Origin: Plasmodiophora brassicae | Taxonomy: Eukaryota | Length of the DNA stretch: 64,000 nucleotides | Assembly (NCBI GenBank): GCA_036867785.1 | Contig: CP145409.1 | Span: 1,612,001-1,676,000 of the forward strand | Reading direction: 5' to 3' | In this document: positions 38,770 to 48,633 of the stretch, piece after piece | Layout of the letters: each line of letters begins with the position of its first letter | How positions within the stretch are numbered: the stretch's first letter is position 1 | The notes under the pieces: generated by a model | Told to the model about the DNA's origin: nothing | Databases searched by the model: none | What the model saw: the letters and a program-made list of their open reading frames with translations, nothing else | Translations under genes and position numbers: made by a program

Positions 38770-39009
38770 CTGGGCGTTCGTGAGCGCGTAATATATGACC
38801 GGGCAAGGGGGGCACCATGTTATGACGGTGTTGGCATGCGCCTGCCTGGTTCTCTCATCCTGCCCCGGGCGCGGCGTGCCTCGGCACTTGACTCACGATG
38901 AGGAGGAGCGCGTGCCCTGGGGGCGTCCGTGATCGAGTTCGTCAGTCCACTGTCTCGTCAGCGACATTTCCCAAAGGCGGCAATTGCCAGTTGGAGGCGT
39001 CTGGCCACA

Positions 39010-39732
39010 ATGTCGACGACGGCTGCGGTGTTCATGGTCGCCTTGTTTTCGCTGGCGTCGGGAGACAGCCTGTACAAGAAGTACACGTCGCAGCCGCCTC
39101 GGTTAGAAACGATAACGGGGGTACACGTAGTCGGCGCTTCGATGTGTTGAGTCGGTGCCACGACAGGCAAGACGGCCGGTGCGGGCCATTCTTCGGCGGG
39201 GCCGGATGCTGGCAAGCCAGCCACTGCAGTGACTTTGGTAATGCCCGACCACGAGCGCACCTCGTTGCCGTATCGCCTGGTGGTGACGGTTCGGCGTCCA
39301 GGTTGGTGCCACCCGATCGACAACACGACGCTGACGACCTGGGTCGGCAACTTCCACTACGACGGCCAGATGCAGAACCTGGGCAACTGTATGGACCTGC
39401 CCGGCAACAGCAACGGGGCGTGCAACATTGCGATGCCGGCCGGTGCCATGCCGGGCACCATGTGCTGCGATATGTTCATCTCACACTTCCATGGCCATTA
39501 CTGTGCGTTCAGCCCGCCCGACATGGACGTCTGCCACGTCGACACCAACTTCAACGACGCCGTGCCGACGCTCGCAACGCCGGGCCCAACGCCAGCGGCA
39601 ACGAATGGTGGCGGTGCAACGCCAAAGCCGACTCCCGCGGCAGATTCCCGAGTGTCAACGTCGTCGGCCCAGACGGCGCTGCCGACCGTGCTTGTCGTCG
39701 CGGTCGCCATGCTGTACGTGATTGCTCTGTAG
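39010..39732 (+). CDS. Small Cys-rich secreted, probably GPI-anchored protein; multi-exon
   Basis: Signal peptide MSTTAAVFMVALFSLASG, Cys-rich core, Pro/Thr linker, hydrophobic C-terminus LPTVLVVAVAMLYVIAL. Confidence 0.7.
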
Positions 39733-39804
39733 ATAAAGAAGCGGCATTGCTCTTCTGCGACGCTTGGAACGATGCGTAAAGCGCCGTTTGACACAAACGA
39801 CACT

Positions 39805-41462
39805 TTACTTGAATACGTTATCGTCGTCACCGATGTCTGAGCCAGCAGGCGTCACATCGTCCATGTCGAACTCGGTCAGCTCCAGGTTGAGCTTCTCGTA
39901 GTGGGCTGCCCGCCGGGCGTCTGCAAAGACAAGAGTCAGATCCCATGCTCTGTTGCAGTGTGGGACAGGTGCGACGCACCATGGTATCGGACCCAGTTGT
40001 ACCCAGCGATCCCTACACGACTGTCAGACCCGGCTCGTCGATACCCGTGACGGCAGCACTAGACCGACCGACAAGAGACAGGACGCATCCGAAAACGTTA
40101 ACGATGGACGGTCTGAAATCAAATAAAGCCGAGGAGACGATGATCACGATGATCAGTTTGAACACTCCGGCGACGCAGAGGGACAGCGCCGACGACCACT
40201 GGACGACGATCAATTCCGACATGTTCAACAGAAACGCCAAACCGGATCCGATCAACAGCATTGAAAGCGTTGACAGAATCACATCTGACGGTGGGTGCGT
40301 TAGGAGAGGCGACGTTGGCGAGTGCTACGAATGGGAGAACCCTACCTGAGGATACCCAAGAGGAATGTACCAGTTCGCTCCATTCGAACCAGAACAAGGG
40401 AATCAGCAGGGAGATGACAGCGCTTGACGTCATGTACATGAGCGACAGCGTCGGATGGATATGGTCGCGTCCCTTCATCAGCATCTGTAACAGGACAAGC
40501 TTTGCAGCGCCTACGTCTCATGAACGTCAGACCCAGGTCCGTTCGTGGAACGGGTTTCCCATTACCACATACTGCCGCACCAGCAGCTGCCACGATTGCG
40601 GTGAACCGCAGGCGAAATTCGCCAAACGTCGTTAGCACAATTCCCAGCGACAATAGCAGAATCACGGCCACCTTGCGCCGCGAGAGAGTCTCTTGGTGCA
40701 TCGCAACGCCTGCAGCAAGAACCAGTAGAGGTACACCAGACTTCACGACTAGAAGCTCGTATCAGGCCAATATATCGGCCACGGGACGCAGCGCGGCCGA
40801 CAAACGCACCCTCAGTCAATGCGACGGAGGACAATCGGAACGCGAGGTTCGTCAGCGTGATATCGAACCTAGCCCCGATGGTTAGAGCCATATATGGGCG
40901 GCTCGCAAACAAGCACCGATACCCGAGAAGAGCACCGAGCGGCAGCAGCTGCCTGTAGTAGATCGACCAGGTGATCCTTCCGGGCCAGAACCGCGAACTT
41001 GTAACCAGCGACGACTTCCTCAGGAACGCGTAACAGTAGGCGGCCGAGAGCAGGCAGTTGCTTATAGAATGAACCTGTGTGACCAATGTCAATGCGTCTG
41101 CGTTGCGATTCGGTTGGGATAGCGTTTACAGACGAATATCATTGTGATTTCAAATTTGAACCCCCTGGGGGACACAAATGTCAGTCGCGCGCGTACAGGC
41201 CGGCACCCTGGCACGCGCATCGTGACCTGTACGACAGCACCATCTTGTTGTAGAACGTGATCAGGACGCCGACGGTGATGTAGAACAGGACGGCGACGGC
41301 CATCTTCCACACGGGGCGCATGGCGTGCGCGAGCGCGGCCGACGATCGGACCCGGTCGACGGCCGGTGCGCGCGGGCTCGCCGGACTCCCCGGCGCCGCC
41401 TGCGTCGCTGTCGACCCCAACGCCGACGACGACCTGCCCGACAGCACCGGCCGGTTCTTCAT
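39805..41462 (-). CDS. Nucleotide-sugar/triose-phosphate transporter family (SLC35C2-like); multi-exon
   Basis: ITFYNK, FKF, DITLTN, KSGVP, SSALSLCVAGVFK and multiple TM segments across many short exons. Confidence 0.8.
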
Positions 41463-41700
41463 AGCACCACCACCGGACACCTCATCCGGTGGCGACGACG
41501 AACCAAAATGGAACCAATTCCACGTCTGAACGCGTCGGGGCCACACTGTAACAGCTGACTGCATCGCGCGCCCACGCCAAACAAAAAGGGCACTTCATAT
41601 CGGCCCGATTTTTGGGGGTGCCGTGGACTGTAACGACGATTCCGACGTGCAGCTTCCTCTCTCTCGGTTCATTTATCAAATGGGGGGTGTTGCGGGTGGC

Positions 41701-41722
41701 GGGGGGGGGGGGGGGGGGGGGG
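41701..41722 (+). repeat. G22 homopolymer
   Basis: 22 consecutive G. Confidence 0.95.
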
Positions 41723-41727
41723 CCGGG

Positions 41728-42711
41728 TCAGTGCTCGATGCCGTACAGGTCGTTGACGAAGTCGCCGTAGGCGATGCGCCCGGACCCGTCGGTGACGTGC
41801 GCCTGGAACAGGGCGGCGCCCTCCTTGTCGGGCATCAGGATGCCGAAGCGCTCCAGGGCGCGCGTCCACTCGTCGGCGTCGACGGTACCCGTGTCGTCGA
41901 GGTCGAAATGCCGGAAGACGCGCGTCAGCGTGTACGCTTCCGATTCGGATCCGCGCGTCTTTTGCCGAACCTTCTCTTTGAGGACCTGGGCGACCGATGC
42001 GAGATAGGCCGGGTCGATCTCGCCGCCCTCCCGTCGCTGGAAATGGTGGACGCCTTTGTCCTCGACGCTGAATACGTACGCGATCTCTTTGACGAACTGG
42101 TCGTCGTCGGGCGTGCTGGCTCCGACGAATGTGAACAGCCCATGGAACGCATCGCGATCCAGCGTGCCATCCTGGGCGAATGCCTGCAGGTTCTCAATGA
42201 ACTCGGCCTTGATGCGAGCGGCCGACATGGCGCCGGCCAGCACCAGTGGATGCCGGTCCGCACGGAACCGCTCGAGGGCGGCCTGAGCCGTCACGGCCGT
42301 CGTCCCCGGCCGCAACAGCTCATGGAACAAGTCGTCCACGATCCGCGCCCGCGTGCCGTTTAGCCGCCCGGCAACGTCGCTGACGAACGCGTTTATATCG
42401 ACGGATCGTGTCCGAGTGGGATCGTATCGTCGGGCCAGCGATGTCATCTGGGGCCGGGTCAGGAAGATGCCCGACCTGCCCAGGACGACTTCGAACTCCT
42501 GTCCAGAGGTATCGCGCGTCAGACGCTTTCCGCTTCTTCCGCTGGACGCTCGTCTTACGGCGTAGTTCAGGAGACCGCGTCCATCGCGATCGGCCTCACG
42601 CAACGCCTTGTGCAACTGGACGAAAGCAGCGGCGCCTTTGCCGGCCAGCACCGCACGCACCTGCTTGACCAGGGCCTGGACCTGGGCCGCCGCCGCGTTA
42701 GGCGACGTCAT
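41728..42711 (-). CDS. Calcyphosin-like EF-hand protein; one in-frame intron likely near 42505-42556
   Basis: DRDGRGLLNY.EF, RFRADRHP.V..G calcyphosin motif, DLDDTGTVDADEW, DGSGRIAYGDF. Confidence 0.85.
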   Translation of the reverse strand: MTSPNAAAAQVQALVKQVRAVLAGKGAAAFVQLHKALREADRDGRGLLNYAVRRASSGRSGKRLTRDTSGQEFEVVLGRSGIFLTRPQMTSLARRYDPTRTRSVDINAFVSDVAGRLNGTRARIVDDLFHELLRPGTTAVTAQAALERFRADRHPLVLAGAMSAARIKAEFIENLQAFAQDGTLDRDAFHGLFTFVGASTPDDDQFVKEIAYVFSVEDKGVHHFQRREGGEIDPAYLASVAQVLKEKVRQKTRGSESEAYTLTRVFRHFDLDDTGTVDADEWTRALERFGILMPDKEGAALFQAHVTDGSGRIAYGDFVNDLYGIEH

Positions 42712-42861
42712 CGATGCGCACTATGCGATCGCCCGCTCGTACTCCATGGATGAACTCACCCGACTAATCAGGGCCCGGATACCGATCAGGGCTATGGTTC
42801 GTATCGGTGCCGTGCGGTGCGACGCCGCAGCCGCCGCCATTTCCATCGCGCGGTCGGCGTC

Positions 42862-43897
42862 ATGGCGATGAACGTCAGCCGAAACCGGCTGGGCACGCGC
42901 GTGAAACGGGCAGTGCCGTTACCGTTGACGTCGCCGATGTTTGACGTTGGCGCCAACCTGACGAGCGCGAAGATCAAGAACAAGGGCGAGGTGCTGAGCC
43001 GCGCGAAACAGGCCGGTGTGTCGCATGCCGTCGTCATATCAACGACGCTGGACGAATCCAGGAAGTCGATGCGGTTCTGCCGGCGTTACCAGGCGGGCGA
43101 CGGTCCGGTCCTGGGGTGCACGATCGGCTGTCATCCGAACTCGGCCGGGGCGCACGTCAACTGCTCGATCCGGAACATGTCGCTGGAACAGATCGTGGCC
43201 AAGTTCCGCGACCTGATCGACAGGGACCCAGGCGTCGCCGTCGCCGTCGGCGAATGCGGCCTGGATTACGTGTACGACTTCTCGCTGCCCGAGGACCAGC
43301 TCAGTATCCTATCCGCCCAGCTCGAACTCAGTATCCAGACCGGTCTGCCCCTATTCCTCCACGTAACGTGTCGCGCTGACCAACACGAAACGCATCGACT
43401 GAACGAGTCGTCGTCGTCGTCTATAGTTAAGGGGGCCCGTCCACGATGATTTCTGCATCGCCCTGGACGCGTTCGGACGGGAACGACAGTGGCGTGGGGT
43501 CATTCACTGCTACAGCGACGAGGACCCTGACCATGTGGACAAGTACCTGTCCTACGGGTTCTCGTTCGGCCTCAGTGGGATCATTTGTGACGACAAGGCC
43601 GACAGGGCTCAGCGCCTGCAGGAGATCATCCCAGACATGCCGCTCGATCGAATCCTGATCCAGTCTGTATCGCCGTTCCTGCTGCCCAAGAACATGGACC
43701 GGAAAGCGTACCTGCCGCGTCCGTCTCTCAACGAGCCCGCCTTCCTGTCGTACGTCGCGACCAAAGCCGCCGAATGCTACACGCTGGCCGGCGTCAAGAT
43801 GTCACCCCACGAGGTCGCCCTGCACACCACCCGTAACGCCCACGCCCTGTTCAACATGGGCGGCGCTCCCGTCCAACCCGAGCCCGTCCCGCCATAA
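42862..43897 (+). CDS. TatD-family DNase paralog 1 (degenerate: ETD replaced by QSV); 2 exons
   Basis: FDVGANLT, GCHP, VGECGLDY, LFLH, IHCYS, ILIQSVSPFL, NEP. Confidence 0.88.
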
Positions 43898-44085
43898 ACA
43901 CCAGTCGGGTTCGGCTTGGACAGCGCAACGGTCCAGGCAGTGGACGACCGGTGCCGCATTGAGTGTGATGCACACGGTCACCTTGACGCAACGAGGGGAA
44001 CGCCGCGCAAACAGGTTCGTTCGAGACGTGATGCGGTTCATCCCAGGAAGGGTGGGTCGGAAATAGGCTATCAAAGCGCGTCGCG

Positions 44086-45032
44086 ATGGCGGCGGCAACG
44101 CGGCGGTCGGTGCCGGCGGCGTTGGCGTCGCCCCTGATCGATATCGGGGCGAACCTGACGAGCTCCAAGCTGAAGCACACGGCAGACCTTCTGGAGCGGG
44201 CGGCGCAGGCGGGCGTCTCGCACATCATTGTCACGGGGACGTCGCTGGCCGAATCGGAGCACGCGATCCGGTTGTGTCGCGCGTTCGCGGGCGCCGGCCG
44301 CCGCCCGCGCCTGTATTGCACGGTCGGGTGCCATCCGCACGAGGCGACCAGGCACGCTGCGACGCTCGGCGCGGTCATTGCCCGGTTCCGCCAGCTGATC
44401 GACGACAATCGCGACGTTGTCGTGGCCGTCGGCGAGTGTGGCCTCGACTACGACAGGAATTTCTCGACGCCGTCTGACCAGCAGGCCGTCCTCGCCGCCC
44501 AGCTCGATCTGAGCATCGCCTGCGACCTGCCTCTCTTCCTCCATGTTCGTTACGCGCGCGTTCACGTCGGCATCGTCGTCTCCGCCTCACCGTCTTCGTT
44601 GTTCAGGCACGTGGCGACGCGCACGACGACCTCTGCAGCGCGTTCGGCCAGCGATCGTGGCGCGGCGTCGTCCACTGCTACACCGACGACGACCGAGCGC
44701 ACCTGCAGCGGTACCTGTCGTACGGGTTCTCCATCGGCATCACCGGCTGGGTCTGCGATGAACGCCCGGGACGCGGCAAGGCCCTGCAGGACATCATCAG
44801 TGAGATCCCGATCGGCCGCCTCCTGATCGAGACCGACGCGCCGTACCTGATCCCGAGGAACATCCCGAAAGGCGACCTGCACCCGCGCCCGAAACAGAAC
44901 GAACCCGCCCTGCTGTCGTACGTCGCCCGGAAAGTTGCCGAATGCTACCAGGCGTTCACCGCCGACGACATCGCGCTGCACACGACACGAAACGCCAAGG
45001 CGCTGTTCTGCCTGGCCGATGCCGACGATTAA
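44086..45032 (+). CDS. TatD-family DNase paralog 2 (intact motifs); 2 exons
   Basis: IDIGANLT, GCHPH, VGECGLDYDR, LFLH, VHCYT, GITG, LIETDAPYL, NEP. Confidence 0.92.
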
Positions 45033-45089
45033 AGCCGCTTCAGCAGTCGAGAGGGTCGCGCAGCAGCGGCGATCATGTGAGGGCAACGT

Positions 45090-45225
45090 CTGTGTGCAGC
45101 TCCCGAAAGTGCGTCGGTAATGAAAGGGCGACGAGGTCAACGTGTGTGTGCAGCTCCCGAAAGTGCGTCTGTAGTGAAAGGGCGCGCAGCAGCGCAGCGC
45201 GAAAGTGCAGCTCGGAAAAGTGCGA
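45090..45225 (+). repeat. Imperfect tandem repeat (about 54-bp period) between TatD copies 2 and 3
   Basis: gtgtgcagctcccgaaagtgcgtc.gta.tgaaagggcg occurs twice, plus a partial third copy. Confidence 0.75.
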
Positions 45226-45287
45226 CCGTGGGCCCGTTGGCCAGTCGGTTCGCACGACGGCGGCGCGGCGCCCGCATTGTATGATTG

Positions 45288-46301
45288 ATGGGGTCAGCGG
45301 CGTGGCGGTCGGCGCGGAAGGCGGTGCCGTCGTCGCTGGGGGCGCCGCTGGTCGACGTCGGCGTCCTGCTGGGGCACCCGAGGTTGAAGCTGAAGCACGA
45401 GATCGTGGATCGCGCCGCGCTGGCCGGCGTCAGCCACATGGTCATCGTGTCCGGGTCGCTGAAGGAGTCCAGGCAGGTGATTAAGCTGTGCCGGACGCTG
45501 GAGGACGCGGGCACCCGTGTCCTGTGCGCCGTCGGCTGCTCGCCGAACGACGCCGCCAGACATTCCCATGGCCGACTGAACATGTCGCTGCTGGAGGCCA
45601 TGGACCAGTACTGCGAACTGGTCGGCGGCAACAGCGACGTCGTCGTGGCCGTCGGCGAGACTGGCCTCGACTACGACGGGCGCGAATCGGCCCCGATCGA
45701 CCAGATGAACGCCATGGCCGCGTTCCTGGAGCTCAGCATCCAGGCGAACCTGCCCGCCATCCTTCACGTACGTTTCCGCTCGTAGTGTATGACGGCGGCG
45801 GCGGCGGTAACGACGCTCGTACAGGTCAAGGACGATGCGCACGACGATTTCTGCAAGGTGATGGATTCGTTCGGGCCGAGGCAATGGCGCGGCGTCATGC
45901 ACTGCTACACAGACAACAATGAGGCGCACCTGGAGAAGTACCTGTCGTACGGCCTGTCGATCGGCATCTGTGGCTGGGTCACCGACGAACGACCCGGCCG
46001 AGGGAAGGCGCAGCAGAAGCTGATTCGGGAGATCCCGCTGGACCGGATCATGATCGAGAGCCTGGCGCCGCACATGATCCCGAGGAACATCAGGCGGTAC
46101 GACTTCGTGCCCCGGATCAAGATCTGCGAGCCGTCGGTCGTGTCGTACATCGCCCGGAAGGTTGCACAGTGCTACAGGGACGCCGGGATCACCATGTCGG
46201 TCGACGACATCGCGAGACACACGACCCGCAACGCCATGGCCATGTTCAACCTACCGGCGGCGAAATGCGACCAACCGTCGGACGATGACGCTGACGATTG
46301 A
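45288..46301 (+). CDS. TatD-family DNase paralog 3 (degenerate: GCSP, ESL); 2 exons
   Basis: VDVGVLL, GCSP, VGETGLDY, ILH, MHCYT, MIESLAPHM, CEP. Confidence 0.88.
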
Positions 46302-46605
46302 CACGGCTGCCGTTATTAGCAAAGGTATATATCCCGCCACAGTTTCTGGCTGATTGGGTGTGGGTCGATTTCCCTGTACGGCGGTGGCGGTTCATCAACA
46401 GGAGCAGTGAGGTCAATGCCGATGTAGACGATCGGGTCGTGGAGCGATACGGCGCGCGCGTGACCGAAGCGTGCTTATGCACAAGTTGTCACGAGGTCTG
46501 TCATCGCGGGGGCTTTCACGCCCCGACGTTGTGGAACCCGGCGAGATCAACCAGAAGCGTGTTGCTGTTATTATTTGCAACGGGGTGCTACGCCTGCGAC
46601 GACGG

Positions 46606-47396
46606 TCAGGGCGTCGTCCTTGCTGGCACCGGGTACGGGTCGAATTCGCTGTAGGCGGGCGGCGCCCCATCGCCGGTGGGACTCGCAACAGCATAAGGGA
46701 CGCTGCTGACCACAACGGGAATGGCCACGTTCTGCACGACCGGCGATAGCGGTTGCTGATGCCGCTGTTGGTGCTGATGTTGCTGTTCCTGCTGCTGACG
46801 AACGAGGACCTGGTTCCTCGTCCACGCCGCCCTGGCAATGGTCAGCGCCTGCCACGCGCCGCTCGCGTCGCACCAAGTTACCGTTGGCGTCGCTGCCGGA
46901 TCCAGATGCCGGCGATGATGAAGAGGACCACGACGACGATGATCCAGGTCGCGGCGCCTGACCCGCTGCTGCCTGCCGATCGTCCACTGCTGCTGAACGC
47001 GGTCGGGGACGGCGTGCTGCCCGTTGAACAGGTTCCCCCTGGGCCGTACGCCGGCCAGCATCGTAACGTCACGCCGACCAGCACGTCGTAGGTGCCCGTG
47101 CCCGGCAGGTCGGCCTCGATGTACCCTTTCAGCGCCTGGCCGCCGTCGTACACGTCCCCCCACGTCACGACCAGGGTCGCCTGGCACCCGGTTCCGACCT
47201 GGCACGTGTTGGCGGTCACGTCGACGTTCCCGTCCAGGTACCCGTGATTTTGACAGATCGCCACCAGCGCCTGGGCCGCTGCATCGGCTCGTGATGGGGC
47301 CACCGCCCACCGCAACGCCACCTGGATGTAGGGCCCGTCGCGAAGCGCATGGGTGGCGGCCGCCAGCACAGCGACCAGGACCAGCGGCGCTCGCAT
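46606..47396 (-). CDS. Type I membrane protein with cytosolic PPAY motif; 2 exons
   Basis: Signal peptide MRAPLVLVAVLAAATHA, Cys-containing ectodomain, TM WIIVVVVLFIIAGIW, Gln-rich tail with APPAYSE. Confidence 0.75.
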
Positions 47397-47499
47397 GACG
47401 TGTGCCCCCCGAGTCCGATTAATATCCCGATCGTCGTTAATCAATAGAACGGGATCGAACCGGACCTCGTCACTGGACGACCTGCCTGTGGACCGGCGA

Positions 47500-47645
47500 G
47501 GCAGGGACAACGTGGCGGCCGGTGGGGCCTCCTGACAATATTGACGTCGCCGTCGGCAACGTCAACGCGATGTCGAGCACCTGTTGACCGTCCTCGATCA
47601 CCGCCACGACAGCGGCGCCCAAAATGGTCATCGAGACCGATCGTC
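47500..47645 (-). repeat. Diverged partial copy of about 48170-48315
   Basis: ggcaacgtcaacgcgatgtcgagcacctg...cacgacagcggcgccca is shared; translates MTILGAAVVAVIEDGQQVLDIALTLP versus MIILGAAVVLAIEDGQQVLDIALTLP. Confidence 0.8.
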
Positions 47646-47650
47646 GTTTA

Positions 47651-48401
47651 TCATAGGACGGGATGGAACCGGACCGCGTCGTCGTACGCGGGCGGCGGCG
47701 CGTCGATCGCGTCCGACAGCCGTTTCTGTCGGGTCCATTCGCGACGCAGGCAGCGCTGGCGCAGGCAGACGGCGAGGACGACGATGGCGGCGACTGCGAT
47801 GACGGAGCAGGTGACGGCGACGGACACGACCGACATCATCGGGTGGTGCGACATGGTCTTGGCGCAGGGCATCGCGTTCGGGTCCGAGTAGTACGCGCCA
47901 TCGCAGTACGATTGCTGGCCGATGGAGAACGTCCCGACCTGCCCGTTGGCCTCGTCGGTGGCCAGCGCGTCGCTCAGCAGACCGGACAGGCGGGCGACGT
48001 CTGACCCGGCGGGCGGGACGACCAAGATGCGCACGGTCCGCGTTGTGCTACCGCCAACGACGTCGATGGTAGTCGGCGCGAACCCTTCCCGCTCGGCCAC
48101 GGCGCGTAATTCGGCGACGACCGTCGTCAGGAACCGTTCGCCTAACGACCTACGAGTGGGCAGGCGTCAGGGCAGGGGACGACGTGGTCGCGGTAATGGG
48201 GCCTCCCGACAGTGTGGACGCCGCCGCCGGCAACGTCAACGCGATGTCGAGCACCTGCTGGCCGTCCTCGATGGCCAGCACGACAGCGGCGCCCAGGATG
48301 ATCATCGAAAGCGACGACCGCATCGGTTCGTCGTCCCCTGCTGATGGGAACGCGGCTGCTGCTGCCAGTGACAGGAGGAGGGGGAGGGCACGCAAGGTCA
48401 T
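47651..48401 (-). CDS. Type I membrane protein with cytosolic PPAY motif; 2 exons
   Basis: Signal peptide MTLRALPLLLSLAAAAA, TM VVSVAVTCSVIAVAAIVVLAVC, tail APPPAYDD; intron donor uncertain. Confidence 0.65.
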
Positions 48402-48633
48402 GGGGCATGCCATAGCAGTCGACGGTGCTGGCAGACCCGCCAAATGTTCGCCTTCGACCTCATATAAAACGTCGTACGTCGTTCACACTGCCGTTCGTTG
48501 ATCTGCCCCCCAGCAGCGCGCCCGGCAGGAAGGGATCCTCCTTCTCCTCGTTCTGGGATCGAGGCGGGTCGATCGCGCGGGCGTACCCTCGGCTCTATTG
48601 TGCGTTGTCGTCGCTCGCGCCACCGGTTCGCCA

